A stretch of DNA of 43,102 bases from a virus (Duplodnaviria > Caudoviricetes). The notes under the pieces are model-generated. The model worked only from the letters and a program-made list of their open reading frames with translations, had not been told where the DNA came from and did not search any database. How positions within the stretch are numbered: position 1 is the stretch's first letter; every line of letters starts with the position of its first letter. The position numbers were made by a program, and so were the translations under genes. Shown here in pieces: positions 8,900-18,203 of this stretch. The stretch is taken from IMG/VR virus record IMGVR_UViG_3300032335_000697, positions 1 through 43,102 of that record; one strand, written 5' to 3'.

Positions 8900-9154
8900 A
8901 TGAGTTCATTAGTACGTTATGTTGCAGAGCAAAATACGTGGAATGCCATATTCGGCAAACCACCCTATGACCTGTCTGTTCCCGCTGATCGGGTTCGATT
9001 GGCACGTAGGATCGATGGCGAACTATCGCCTGAGAACCTGACCTGTGATGGCGAGTTGTCTAGGTCTCAGGTCAGTCGTAAGTACAACCAATTAATCCGA
9101 GTCGCTGAGGAATTGCAGAGTCTCGATCCATCAATTCAATTTTCGGAGGTGTGA
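8900..9154 (+). CDS. Early hypothetical protein (84 aa)
   Basis: AGGGGGCTTT-ATG; LSPENLTCDGE motif. Confidence 0.75.
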   Translation: MSSLVRYVAEQNTWNAIFGKPPYDLSVPADRVRLARRIDGELSPENLTCDGELSRSQVSRKYNQLIRVAEELQSLDPSIQFSEV

Positions 9155-9155
9155 T

Positions 9156-9374
9156 ATGCGAATTAAAGATCCAGTACTGGTATCAAAAGAAGTCTTCACC
9201 AAGTACCTCGTTGACGTAGAGGGCAAGAAGATCGAGGTCACCTATTGGTATTCCCTTGATGAAGAGGGCAAGGGTGGTTGGGATTGGGATCTGTCACCTT
9301 GTTATGAGGGGTTGACAGAGGAAGAAATAGAAGACCTTGATGCCGAGTTTGAGAGTGTCATCGAGGAGTTGTAA
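9156..9374 (+). CDS. Acidic early hypothetical protein (72 aa)
   Basis: GGAGGTG SD; ORF track. Confidence 0.7.
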   Translation: MRIKDPVLVSKEVFTKYLVDVEGKKIEVTYWYSLDEEGKGGWDWDLSPCYEGLTEEEIEDLDAEFESVIEEL

Positions 9375-9436
9375 GACCTATCCTTATGCCCTTTGGGGCA
9401 TAGGGATGTGCCTTATAACTTTTAACAGGAGGGCTT

Positions 9437-9550
9437 ATGCCTATCAGAAACTTCGTAGCAAAACACGCAAAGCGTTGTGGTGCGGGTAGTCATACCGCCC
9501 GCAAGTACAGTCGTAAAACTAAACACAAGGGGGTGAAACATGGCTATTAA
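9437..9550 (+). CDS. Small basic peptide (37 aa)
   Basis: GGAGGGCTT-ATG; MPIRNFVAKHAKRCGAGSHTARKYSRKTKHKGVKHGY; below the ORF-track cutoff. Confidence 0.55.
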   Translation: MPIRNFVAKHAKRCGAGSHTARKYSRKTKHKGVKHGY

Positions 9551-10130
9551 TCGTGAAGAGTGGTTGAACGAGGCGGTATCAGAATTACGTGGCATTTTCG
9601 ATGCCAATGGTTTTCCTATTCCCGCCAATGTCAGGGTGACTTGTGGCTTTCCCAGTAAACACGCACGTAGTCGGAATCGTGCTATTGGCGAGTACCACAA
9701 AGCATCGGCATCGGCTGATGGTACGCATGAGATCCTGATCTCGCCTGTGGTTGCCGATCCCTACGAGGTATTCGGGATCTTGGTTCATGAGTTGTCGCAT
9801 TCGGCTACTCCTGACTGTGGTCATCGTGGTCGGTTTGAGCAGTGCATTCGCAAGGTGTGGCTTGAGGGCAAGCCTAGTTCCACTGTGATTGGCGAGACCT
9901 TTCGCCAAAATTTTGGCGGTTTGATCGAGGGCTTGGGTGCGTATCCTCATGCCCCTTTAAACGTTGAGGCTGACCGCAAGGTTCAGGGTACTCGGATGCT
10001 CAAGGCATCTTGCCCGCATTGCAATTACACCATCCGACTGACCAGTAAATGGGCAAACGTTAGAAAGCCTGATGGTTCGTTGGCGGGTCTTCCAGTTTGC
10101 CCAGTTGATGGGCATCAGTTATCACTTTAA
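9540..10130 (+). CDS. SprT-like zinc metalloprotease with C-terminal zinc ribbon
   Basis: ILVHELSH (HExxH), GHRGRF, CPHC...CPVD. Confidence 0.75.
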   Translation: MAINREEWLNEAVSELRGIFDANGFPIPANVRVTCGFPSKHARSRNRAIGEYHKASASADGTHEILISPVVADPYEVFGILVHELSHSATPDCGHRGRFEQCIRKVWLEGKPSSTVIGETFRQNFGGLIEGLGAYPHAPLNVEADRKVQGTRMLKASCPHCNYTIRLTSKWANVRKPDGSLAGLPVCPVDGHQLSL

Positions 10131-10148
10131 TTTTTATAGGGGCTTAAA

Positions 10149-11618
10149 TTGAACAATCTTAATATCGAAAAGCAAGTACCACTCATCCCTCTCGCACAAT
10201 TGAATGGTGTGCTTGAGCATCATGGTCTCGTAGGCTTTGCACCACGTGACAAGGCACAGGCTATCGCTCAGGTCATTGCCTTGATCAATGCGGGTAAGGT
10301 GACCATCGATCAGGTCAAGGCTACCAAACCATCGGTTGCCACTGGCTTGCCAACTGACGTTGCCGATCAAATCACCAAGGCACAGGCTCAGATTAATGAG
10401 AGCCTGTCCAAGGTTGAGAAAGTGCGTGAGGTTGCGAATCGTTCGCTCGATCAGTTGCTGATTCAGTCTACCGCTATCGAAAAGAAGTTCGATGACCTGA
10501 CTGCCCGTTTAAACGTCAAGGTAGATGCAATCGAAAAGCCTGATGCCAAACTGATTGCCGATACCCTACGTGCTGAGGTGTCCAAGCAGTTCGAGAAGTT
10601 CCGCAAAGCCACCCCAGTGGAGGTCATTGCTGAGGTTGCTCAGACTGTGGCGGTCACTCGTAAGGTCAAGGTCAAGGACGTGTTCGATGGTGTCCTGTCC
10701 TATGAATACAATGGCGAGACGATTGATTTCTCCGAGTTGGAGATCGAGGTGTTCGATGACCCATCCGCTCCCGCTCGTGTCGCTGACTACGTGTTTGCAC
10801 CACGTCACTTGCACCAAGCCTTGGTTGCACTGGACGATGCTCTGCCTGATAACACATGGCTTGCGGGTGAGCGTGGCACTGGCAAGACCGAGTTCGTTAC
10901 CCAGTTAGCCTCACGTCTCGGACGTAGATTGTTTCGTGTGAATTTTGACGAGGCGATTGAGCGTGCCGACTTCATCGGTGCTAACAGTATCGAGAATGGC
11001 AGTGTCGTGTGGAAAGCGGGTGTCATCACTCAAGCGATCCAGTACACAGGTGCTATCGTTTTAGTTGACGAGGTTGGCTTTGCCCGCCCGCAGTCAATTG
11101 CGATTCTGCATTCCCTCTGTGAGCGTAGCCCGCATCGTTCGATTGTGATCAGCGAGACAGGTCAACGCATCCCTGTTGCTAGTCATGTTGCGTTCTTCTG
11201 TGCTGACAATAGCAATGGTCATGGTGATACGTCAGGTAACTTTGCGGGTGTGCGTGATCAGAACACTGCGTTCATTGATCGGTTCGGTTACACGCTCCGC
11301 TTTGAGTACTTGCCTGAGAATCAGGAAGTTGCACTGGTATCGAGTCGCACTGGTTTAAACATCGATGCATCTACTGTGCTGATTCGCTTTGCCAATGTGG
11401 CTCGTGAGAAAGCACGTGCGGGTGTGCTGACTCAGCCACCTAGTCTTCGCCAGTTGTTTGCTTGGGCTAGAGCAGTGAGCAAGGGCGTGCCAGTTGGTAT
11501 CGCCTTTGAGAATGCGATCATCAATAAGTTTCCCGCTGATTGCGAGGCTGAGTTACGTGGTGTGTTTTCTGCGGTGATCGATGTCGCTAATTTCAAATCT
11601 TTTTTGGGAGGTAAGTAA
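10149..11618 (+). CDS. MoxR/CobS-like AAA+ ATPase with N-terminal coiled coil
   Basis: GERGTGKT Walker A, VLVDE Walker B, NTAFIDRF, SLRQL; TTG start with AGGGGCTTA. Confidence 0.88.
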   Translation: MNNLNIEKQVPLIPLAQLNGVLEHHGLVGFAPRDKAQAIAQVIALINAGKVTIDQVKATKPSVATGLPTDVADQITKAQAQINESLSKVEKVREVANRSLDQLLIQSTAIEKKFDDLTARLNVKVDAIEKPDAKLIADTLRAEVSKQFEKFRKATPVEVIAEVAQTVAVTRKVKVKDVFDGVLSYEYNGETIDFSELEIEVFDDPSAPARVADYVFAPRHLHQALVALDDALPDNTWLAGERGTGKTEFVTQLASRLGRRLFRVNFDEAIERADFIGANSIENGSVVWKAGVITQAIQYTGAIVLVDEVGFARPQSIAILHSLCERSPHRSIVISETGQRIPVASHVAFFCADNSNGHGDTSGNFAGVRDQNTAFIDRFGYTLRFEYLPENQEVALVSSRTGLNIDASTVLIRFANVAREKARAGVLTQPPSLRQLFAWARAVSKGVPVGIAFENAIINKFPADCEAELRGVFSAVIDVANFKSFLGGK

Positions 11619-12643
11619 TGCTTGCAATCAATGCTAAACGTGGTGTCGAATCCACACTGGAGCGTGTGTTCAAGAATGCGGGCGGTCAATTTGATCGCCT
11701 CGACTTCGTGTGGTCAGGTACTACTGCGGGCATCATCTTTGAACGTGGTCAACGTGGTGTCGATGCTAAGATCCTGTTCCCCGCAATCAACGAGGCATCC
11801 GACATCCCTCGTGCCAAGTTCAATAACCTAATCGGTTATGCCTTGCATGAGTTGGGTCACGCTTGGTTTACCGATAACGATCCTTGGGATAACGCTCGTA
11901 GAGAGCATGGCGGGTTCGTTGCTAACTTAATTAATGGTCTTGAAGATCCTCGCATCGAACTCAAGGTTATCGAATCAGGTTACGCACCAAACAGTCGTGC
12001 CTTGTTTGAAGACCTTACCAATTCTGTCTTGAAGAAGAATGGTTACGTTGAGGCAGACGATCTTAAAAACGTACCATTCCTACTCGCCATCGAGGGTAGA
12101 CGTTTAAACGGCTATCACATCAACGTGCCAAGCATTATCGATGATGCACCTTGGGCTAGTGATTTGCACTGGGCATTGGGTGAGGCACAGTTAGCCACCA
12201 ACACTCAGCGTATCGCTGAGATTGCAATCGAGTTGTATAAGCGTTTGCAACAAGAGACTCAGGGCGATAAGCCTACCGATAAGCCTGAGCCACCTGATGA
12301 TCAAGAGCCACCAGTTGGCGGTCAGCCTTGTGATGATGGTGAACCTACTGAGGGTGGAGATCAGCCTAGTGATGAACAGGGTGAGGGCGGTACTCAAGGT
12401 GACAAGCCCGCTGATAAGGGTGACGATCAGGGTGGTGACGAGGGCGGTAAGGGTGGCGATAAGCCTACCGACAAGCCCTCTGACAAACCATTAAAGGGTC
12501 GTGGCAAGGGTGACTTTGAGGGTGGTCGTGATCCTGAGCCATCTGATTTCATTGAGGGTGAGTTCGGTGAGTCTGATGTAGAAAGCGGTGGCGATATTCC
12601 TAATGTTGCTAAACCAAAGTTTGAGAAATTTACTTGGAGGTAA
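11618..12643 (+). CDS. CobT-N-like protein with HExxH motif and acidic G/D/P-rich tail
   Basis: YALHELGH...NGLEDPRIE; DKPTDKP low-complexity repeats. Confidence 0.75.
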   Translation: MLAINAKRGVESTLERVFKNAGGQFDRLDFVWSGTTAGIIFERGQRGVDAKILFPAINEASDIPRAKFNNLIGYALHELGHAWFTDNDPWDNARREHGGFVANLINGLEDPRIELKVIESGYAPNSRALFEDLTNSVLKKNGYVEADDLKNVPFLLAIEGRRLNGYHINVPSIIDDAPWASDLHWALGEAQLATNTQRIAEIAIELYKRLQQETQGDKPTDKPEPPDDQEPPVGGQPCDDGEPTEGGDQPSDEQGEGGTQGDKPADKGDDQGGDEGGKGGDKPTDKPSDKPLKGRGKGDFEGGRDPEPSDFIEGEFGESDVESGGDIPNVAKPKFEKFTWR

Positions 12644-12644
12644 T

Positions 12645-13448
12645 ATGATCTTTAACAAAGCAGAATGTGAGAGCAAGTTCTCTTACCTGTTCAATACTCA
12701 GCATGGCGGTCTAGGCGGTGTACGTGCAAACATCATTCGCCTACTTCGCTCGGTTGATTTGGTTGGTTGGTCAACGCATGAAGAGAATGGACGTCTTGAT
12801 CGCAGAGCGTTTACACGCTTTGCGGTTGGCAGTACATCAATCTTCAGCAGACGTCAGCACGTTGAGGCTACCAAGTCTGCGGTGTCTGTGTTGATTGATT
12901 GCTCAGGTTCGATGGGCGATCAGGGCGGTGAGCGTATCAAAACTGCACAGGAGATTGCTATTCAGTTGGGCAAGATCCTTGACAAGGCTGATGTGTCGTT
13001 CAGTGTTACTGGCTTTCAAGGTAAGTCTGACTGTGATGGTTACAGAAGTCGTGATACTTATTCAACAGTCATTACAGAGTACACCACGTTCATTCCATTC
13101 AAGACGTGGAAAGAATCATTGTCAAAGGCATCTGTCAAGATGGGTGCGATTGATCAGTGTGCAAGACATGGCACACCTGACTACGCATCGCTCACGTTAG
13201 CACTGGAGGATTTGTCCAAACAGGAAGAGCAACGCAAGATCCTGTTCCTGTTGACTGATGCTGATGGTTACAACGTTGATCGCATGAAGAAAGTTCAATC
13301 TCTTGCTGACAAATTAAACATCAAGATTATTGCAATCGGTATCGGTAACACCAAGGTTGCTAAATGTTTTGATGTGGCACAGAATGTAAGGAATGTCAGC
13401 GGTCTTGCATCGGCATCCTTTGGCAAGTTGCTCAAGGAGTTACGTTAA
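12645..13448 (+). CDS. vWA-domain protein (CobT C-terminal-like)
   Basis: GRLDRR, LIDCSGSM MIDAS, HGTPD, FLLTDADG, IAIGIG; GGAGG SD before the ATG at 12645. Confidence 0.85.
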   Translation: MIFNKAECESKFSYLFNTQHGGLGGVRANIIRLLRSVDLVGWSTHEENGRLDRRAFTRFAVGSTSIFSRRQHVEATKSAVSVLIDCSGSMGDQGGERIKTAQEIAIQLGKILDKADVSFSVTGFQGKSDCDGYRSRDTYSTVITEYTTFIPFKTWKESLSKASVKMGAIDQCARHGTPDYASLTLALEDLSKQEEQRKILFLLTDADGYNVDRMKKVQSLADKLNIKIIAIGIGNTKVAKCFDVAQNVRNVSGLASASFGKLLKELR

Positions 13449-13449
13449 C

Positions 13450-13475
13450 ACAGGGGGGGGTGACCCCCTGTTTTT
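13450..13475 (+). terminator. Intrinsic terminator
   Basis: ACAGGGGG/CCCCCTGT stem followed by a T-run. Confidence 0.65.
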
Positions 13476-13489
13476 AAATTGGAGAAACC

Positions 13490-13642
13490 ATGAAATCAGA
13501 ATACAAACGTTATACCTGTGTTGGTACTGGCGGTATCAATTGCAGATGTTGTTGCAATCGTGGTGGCAAGCCTACTGTTAAACGTCAAGCAAAGAGACGT
13601 TATGCACAGGCAGTTAACAAATTAATTAAGAGCGAGGTTTAA
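13490..13642 (+). CDS. Small Cys/Arg-rich protein (50 aa)
   Basis: GGAG SD; MKSEYKRYTCVGTGGINCRCCCNRGGKP... Confidence 0.55.
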   Translation: MKSEYKRYTCVGTGGINCRCCCNRGGKPTVKRQAKRRYAQAVNKLIKSEV

Positions 13643-13643
13643 T

Positions 13644-13877
13644 ATGAAATACGATTCGAGCCAGTTCTCTTCGCTAATCATTGCAATTAGAGATGCGTGC
13701 GACAAAAAAGATTTTGAATTAATTTCTGATGCACTGGCGGTATCACTTGCCAACACTGGTATTTCGCATAACGTTGAATACGAAAAATTTCTATTTAGAG
13801 TTTTGCAAATCATCGCACACGTTTATGCAATCAATGACATCAACACAAACAGTGATGGTGTAGATCCTATTCACTAA
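13644..13877 (+). CDS. Hypothetical protein (77 aa)
   Basis: GAGG SD; ORF track. Confidence 0.6.
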   Translation: MKYDSSQFSSLIIAIRDACDKKDFELISDALAVSLANTGISHNVEYEKFLFRVLQIIAHVYAINDINTNSDGVDPIH

Positions 13878-13898
13878 TCGTTTAAACAAGGGGGGCTT

Positions 13899-14189
13899 AT
13901 GTACGCAGTAAATTTATATTTTGTAGATCGTGCTTTTGGTGGACGTGAAGAGGGCGGTTGGTACTATGACTATGGTCAGCCTGAGTTGCACCCACTTAAT
14001 CGTGTCTTTGAAAACAAAGACAATGCTTATGCTTATTTAAATGAGCAATGCTTGCCTGTAGAGACAGAATTGAATCAAGGCAGACCATCGATTCACTCTG
14101 TTTTATCTCAGGGTCAGTATCGTTTTATCGTTGGTGCAAAAGATGCATTACCCGCACCATTCCCAACAGAACGTCCACACTATGAATAA
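13899..14189 (+). CDS. Hypothetical protein with GGxEEGGWYY motif
   Basis: GGGGGGCTT-ATG; DRAFGGREEGGWYY...RPHYE. Confidence 0.75.
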   Translation: MYAVNLYFVDRAFGGREEGGWYYDYGQPELHPLNRVFENKDNAYAYLNEQCLPVETELNQGRPSIHSVLSQGQYRFIVGAKDALPAPFPTERPHYE

Positions 14190-14198
14190 GGGGCTTAT

Positions 14199-14354
14199 AT
14201 GAATAAAGTTTGTATGTTTTTAGAGCAAGAGTTGTATCCATTCAAAGTCGCACAGAATATCCATTCGTTCGGTTACAAGTATGCGTACTGGATTCTTCGG
14301 CACAAAGGTGCGACACGCTACCAAGCGTTACGTGCCATCTTCTTTGCAATTTAA
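14199..14354 (+). CDS. Small hypothetical protein (51 aa)
   Basis: AGGGGCTTAT-ATG; translated by hand. Confidence 0.55.
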   Translation: MNKVCMFLEQELYPFKVAQNIHSFGYKYAYWILRHKGATRYQALRAIFFAI

Positions 14355-14370
14355 ATAAAGGAATTTAATT

Positions 14371-14580
14371 ATGACAACAATTCGTGTTTCAGTTTTAATC
14401 GATACAAAAAGTACAGTAGTTGATCTTGATAGCATCAGAGAAGATCTCTTAGAAACAGTTGAAAAAATGACTAGACATAGTCCTGATCATTTCTTGCTTA
14501 AAGAATTAGATCAGAACGATGAGTCTGATTGGCAAGAGATTGATGAGCATGATGAAGTAATTACAGTTATAAACATTTAA
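14371..14580 (+). CDS. Acidic hypothetical protein (69 aa)
   Basis: AAGGA SD; ORF track. Confidence 0.6.
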   Translation: MTTIRVSVLIDTKSTVVDLDSIREDLLETVEKMTRHSPDHFLLKELDQNDESDWQEIDEHDEVITVINI

Positions 14581-14594
14581 ACGTAGGGGGGCTT

Positions 14595-14684
14595 ATGAAA
14601 AATTTCGTTGATCGCTTGTTTGATGTTGCGTTGTATTTGATGTTGATTGCATTCGTTGCTAACTTAATTAGGGGGGCTATATGA
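14595..14684 (+). CDS. Small membrane peptide (29 aa)
   Basis: GGGGGGCTT-ATG; hydrophobic VALYLMLIAFVANLI; ATGA overlap with the next gene. Confidence 0.5.
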   Translation: MKNFVDRLFDVALYLMLIAFVANLIRGAI

Positions 14685-14836
14685 AAGTATTGGTTGCGTT
14701 TGAATTTGAGGGTGTTGATCCCGATGGTGAGCAAGCAGACCAAATCGTTGATGAGATTGGTAAGGCTTGCGAAAAAATGGGCATAGCCTTTGATGCCAAT
14801 AGTTGTTATGTTGACGATTGTAAAGGGGATGCCTGA
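14681..14836 (+). CDS. Small acidic protein (51 aa)
   Basis: GGGGGGCTAT-ATG; TGATG coupling to the next gene. Confidence 0.55.
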   Translation: MKVLVAFEFEGVDPDGEQADQIVDEIGKACEKMGIAFDANSCYVDDCKGDA

Positions 14837-15033
14837 TGGGTACACCAGTGTATGGACGTAAGCCACCTTATCAGCAAGGCTATGAAGATGGCACTGCCGA
14901 TGCAAAAGATGGCACGTTTGATCGCTCGATCTATGACCATGACGAGTACAACGATGACGATGGTAGTCGTGATCGTTTGCATTATGAAGAGGGCTACGAG
15001 GATGGCATGAATGGTAAGCCGTTTAAACAATGA
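14836..15033 (+). CDS. Acidic protein with two YxxGYEDG repeats
   Basis: YQQGYEDG and YEEGYEDG. Confidence 0.65.
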   Translation: MGTPVYGRKPPYQQGYEDGTADAKDGTFDRSIYDHDEYNDDDGSRDRLHYEEGYEDGMNGKPFKQ

Positions 15034-15170
15034 CAGTCGAACGTAAGCCACCAGTAGCAAAAGTTGTACGCAGAGAACACCAACGTGAGGGCTACAAAAA
15101 GTCTTCACGTTGGATGTTATTTAAACAAATACTTGAGCGTGAAATAAAGGAACGCAAAAATGACTTATGA
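15030..15170 (+). CDS. Small basic protein (46 aa)
   Basis: ATGA overlap with the upstream gene; translated by hand. Confidence 0.45.
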   Translation: MTVERKPPVAKVVRREHQREGYKKSSRWMLFKQILEREIKERKNDL

Positions 15171-15324
15171 ACAATTGAAAGACTTGGTTGGTGATGACAA
15201 TGCAATTAGGATTTATGACTACTTCGTTGGATTCACTGTTGATAATCTTGTGCAGTTGGTATTGGATGGCTACACACCTAGCCAATTAATTAATTTAGCA
15301 AAGGAGTTGAACGATGAATCCTGA
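15160..15324 (+). CDS. Small hypothetical protein (54 aa)
   Basis: AAGGA SD; MTYEQLKDLVGDD... Confidence 0.55.
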   Translation: MTYEQLKDLVGDDNAIRIYDYFVGFTVDNLVQLVLDGYTPSQLINLAKELNDES

Positions 15325-15595
15325 TCGTTGGTTACAAAGTTGTGCAGAGGATTACATGGATGAAGAGGGCGATCATCACGAGATGCGTGATCAAGAACGC
15401 TCTGTGTTGTTAAAAGAGATTGGCAGTGGGATGGTCACACCCGATGAGTTTGAGATTTTTGAAAGACTCTTCGATGACCAATCCGATTTGCTAAAAGCAC
15501 TCGCTCGTAACGATGACAAAGCAGTCCTTGCAATTCTTCGTAAGCGGTTCGATGAGGGTGTCGAATCAATTGTTGAATCTAGATTGGAGTATTAA
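15314..15595 (+). CDS. Acidic hypothetical protein (93 aa)
   Basis: AAGGAG SD; ORF track. Confidence 0.7.
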   Translation: MNPDRWLQSCAEDYMDEEGDHHEMRDQERSVLLKEIGSGMVTPDEFEIFERLFDDQSDLLKALARNDDKAVLAILRKRFDEGVESIVESRLEY

Positions 15596-15818
15596 ATTGG
15601 ATATACAAACCCAAATGCGTTTGAATCAAACTGTCCTCAACGTAATGGTAGTTGAGCATTTATTGAAAGAAGATAAGATTGGCAAGGTCAAGGCTTTGAA
15701 AGATTTAAACAAAGCCTTTGATGCCTTGGTTGAGATTCGGGATGCCAATCCTGATGAACCGATCCATGCCTATGTGGAGCGGGTGTTTGATCGTATCGCT
15801 GATCTGACCATGCATTAA
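15596..15818 (+). CDS. Hypothetical protein; start near 15596-15615 uncertain
   Basis: 3' part of track ORF 15513-15818; GGAG upstream; ends just before the terminator. Confidence 0.5.
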
Positions 15819-15823
15819 TAATT

Positions 15824-15859
15824 AACCCCCTTTGACTTCGGTCATTGGGGGTTTTTTTT
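15824..15859 (+). terminator. Intrinsic terminator of the early operon
   Basis: AACCCCC..TGAC-TTCG-GTCA..GGGGGTT followed by a T-run. Confidence 0.85.
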
Positions 15860-15955
15860 CGTCCTCAGATTCACCACTTATGATGCATTGAGCGTTTAAA
15901 CGGGCAGTCATCTGCCAGATGTTACCTGCATTCTGGCGTTGGATTTTGTTTAAAC

Positions 15956-17641
15956 CTAGAATGCCTCTTGTTCAAAGTACGTACCTGTGACCTTGTCGTA
16001 ACCCAAAGCAGTTTCCCCTTGAGTACCCACCCACCGATAGCGACACTTCCAAACCGCAATCTCTACGTTCTCCTTGGTGCGATGCACTGTGATCCCGCAG
16101 TCTGCCTTTGCCCACCATGCCATAGATCCTGATATAGCCATGCCATCAGGACGTGGTAAATCCATCCCTGAGCGTGTTATTTTGCTTGGATGGGCTACGA
16201 ACCATACATGAACCCCATAAGCCTTAGCAAACGCTTGTATGCGGGTCAACATCCCCGATATAAATTCTGTCTCTGCCTGACCGCCTTTGTTGTCGATGTA
16301 GTTGTAAGGATCGATAACAAGACCTCGGATTCCCATGCGAACCACCGCAACCTTTGCCCGCTCCAAGATTGATTCAATCGTGGCGGGTTCAACCCCCTCG
16401 GAATCTAAGAAGAGGAAATGCTCTTCCACCCATTTAAATGCCTCGTCCTTCTCGTCCTGAGTCATTCGCTTTGTGCCATCAAAGAACCGCTTTTCCTTGT
16501 AGATCTCCATAAGGCGGGAGATATGGATCTCAGGCTGATTCTCAAACGAGCAGACCGCAAACTTCCAATCGTGATTCCTTCCCAAGTTGACCATCATCTG
16601 ATCCACAAAGTTGGACTTACCGCATGATGGGTATCCAGTGACGATGGTTAGTTGACCTTGAGCCACTGTGTAAATACCATCCACGTTGGAGTACCCAGTA
16701 GACAAGCCCTTCCCCGTCCCCTTCCCCCATAGGTCGTTTAAACGATCAGCAAACTTACTGGCGGACGATAAACCCGCAACAGGGTAAGGCTCTGCATCTT
16801 CGATAATCTTTATGACCAGTTCCCTCCCCTGATCAAGGAATGCCTCGTTCAAATCTTTGTACGTAAATTTGGCGATTCGGCATTTGTCCTTCCCGATCCT
16901 ACGTGCCAACTCCTCAGCCAAAGCCTGACCCGCAGAGTCGGTGTCAGTCGCTATGGTGACGTGAGGTACTTTCTCAAGCACGTCAAACGCATTCCACACA
17001 AAAGAAAACTTCTTATCCTCCGAGGCATCAATCTTTCCATCCGAGACCTTCATGGGTGCGCCACTTGGCACAGAAAGCACGTTGGTCAAGCCACACTCAA
17101 GCAAGGTCAAGGCATCAATCTCACCCTCAACAATGATTACTGGCTTGGTCGTATCAATATGGTCTATGCCGAAAAAGTCGTTTGCACCGCCCACGTCTTG
17201 CGTAAAGTCCTTCGCCTCGATACTCCGATACTTGGCAGACACGTAGACCCCGTTACGGAAATATGGGAAGCCGATTGCGTCTGTCTTCTTGTTTAAACGC
17301 TGAAAGTATTTTTCGGCAGGGAACAACTGCATCTTCTCTGCCGTGTTGGCAGAAATACCACGAGATTTTAAAAAGTCAAAATGTTTGTTTTCTAGTTTTG
17401 TTGTTTCTAAATTTCTAATGGGATGCACATTACTCTCCGAGTGTCTGTAAGATTTTGTTTTAAATGGAACCGCCCCGCTGATTTGGCAGTGTTGGCAGTA
17501 ATAGACCAAAGCATCTTCCTTGCGGTCAATGTTTAGTTCTTTTAAATGAGATTTTTTTCTGTCCTGAGAACAATTCGGACATATGGTACGTAGATGATTA
17601 TCCACGTGCAATGAAGACACAAACTCCGCTACCGCATTCAT
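15956..17641 (-). CDS. T7 gp4/Twinkle-like primase-helicase
   Basis: CPNC...YCQHC zinc finger; TOPRIM (VEGEIDAL, DTDSAG); TGYPSCGKS Walker A; VIDPY, VAHP. Confidence 0.92.
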   Translation of the reverse strand: MNAVAEFVSSLHVDNHLRTICPNCSQDRKKSHLKELNIDRKEDALVYYCQHCQISGAVPFKTKSYRHSESNVHPIRNLETTKLENKHFDFLKSRGISANTAEKMQLFPAEKYFQRLNKKTDAIGFPYFRNGVYVSAKYRSIEAKDFTQDVGGANDFFGIDHIDTTKPVIIVEGEIDALTLLECGLTNVLSVPSGAPMKVSDGKIDASEDKKFSFVWNAFDVLEKVPHVTIATDTDSAGQALAEELARRIGKDKCRIAKFTYKDLNEAFLDQGRELVIKIIEDAEPYPVAGLSSASKFADRLNDLWGKGTGKGLSTGYSNVDGIYTVAQGQLTIVTGYPSCGKSNFVDQMMVNLGRNHDWKFAVCSFENQPEIHISRLMEIYKEKRFFDGTKRMTQDEKDEAFKWVEEHFLFLDSEGVEPATIESILERAKVAVVRMGIRGLVIDPYNYIDNKGGQAETEFISGMLTRIQAFAKAYGVHVWFVAHPSKITRSGMDLPRPDGMAISGSMAWWAKADCGITVHRTKENVEIAVWKCRYRWVGTQGETALGYDKVTGTYFEQEAF

Positions 17642-17661
17642 ATTTTAAGCCCCTCTAAGTT

Positions 17662-17937
17662 TTACTTCTTTGGTTTGTTTATTTTAACAGTGTGATTGCT
17701 ATTCCGTGTAAAAGATCGATTTGATTTTGGTGATTTCAATTTCAAATTTTTGCTTGAGTTAGTTCCTCCTTTTGAGAGCGGGATTACGTGATCAATGTCT
17801 TTCCCTGTCCTATCTACTCCACGCTTATCCATGTCATACCTAGCCCTCGCCCTTGCGTTTCGAGATGGTTGCTCATCTCTAGACTTTTGTTGGGTGTATT
17901 CTTTTTTATAAGGACGTGGTTTGTTAACGTATGGCAT
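17662..17937 (-). CDS. HNH endonuclease-like protein
   Basis: DIDHVIPLSKGGTN...NL...N. Confidence 0.8.
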   Translation of the reverse strand: MPYVNKPRPYKKEYTQQKSRDEQPSRNARARARYDMDKRGVDRTGKDIDHVIPLSKGGTNSSKNLKLKSPKSNRSFTRNSNHTVKINKPKK

Positions 17938-18174
17938 AAAAATAATCTTTTTCTATATATATATACATACTGCCCTCTTGGGGAGGGCAGACCTAGCCTA
18001 AACTGGTCTGCCTTCACAACCTATGCCCACATTGGTATCGGTTGACCCGAAAGACTTTTCGTGCAAAGGGTTCTTTCTTCGCCACCCTTTTCTGATCTCT
18101 AATGCACTAACCCTAGTATCAGCAATCCACGTCTCACCCCTAGTGTTTTTCATCGCTGAGTGAAACAGGGTTCA

Positions 18175-18203
18175 ATATTAAATTTATAAAAAATAAATTG
18201 CAA
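18175..18203 (-). promoter_or_regulatory. Sigma70-like leftward promoter for HNH/primase
   Basis: TTGCAA-17 nt-TAATAT on the minus strand. Confidence 0.7.

Noticed and set aside
12260-12500. GATAAGCC/GACAAGCC repeats
   Set aside because: Explained by the DKP low-complexity protein linker.
10149-13448. cobS/cobT as cobalamin auxiliary metabolic genes
   Set aside because: No cobN or other cob genes; generic MoxR-vWA architecture.
7127-13674. Direct repeat TCGAGCCAGTTCTCT at 7127 and 13656 as a possible att site
   Set aside because: One 15-bp match is roughly expected by chance in 43 kb, and no integrase is visible.
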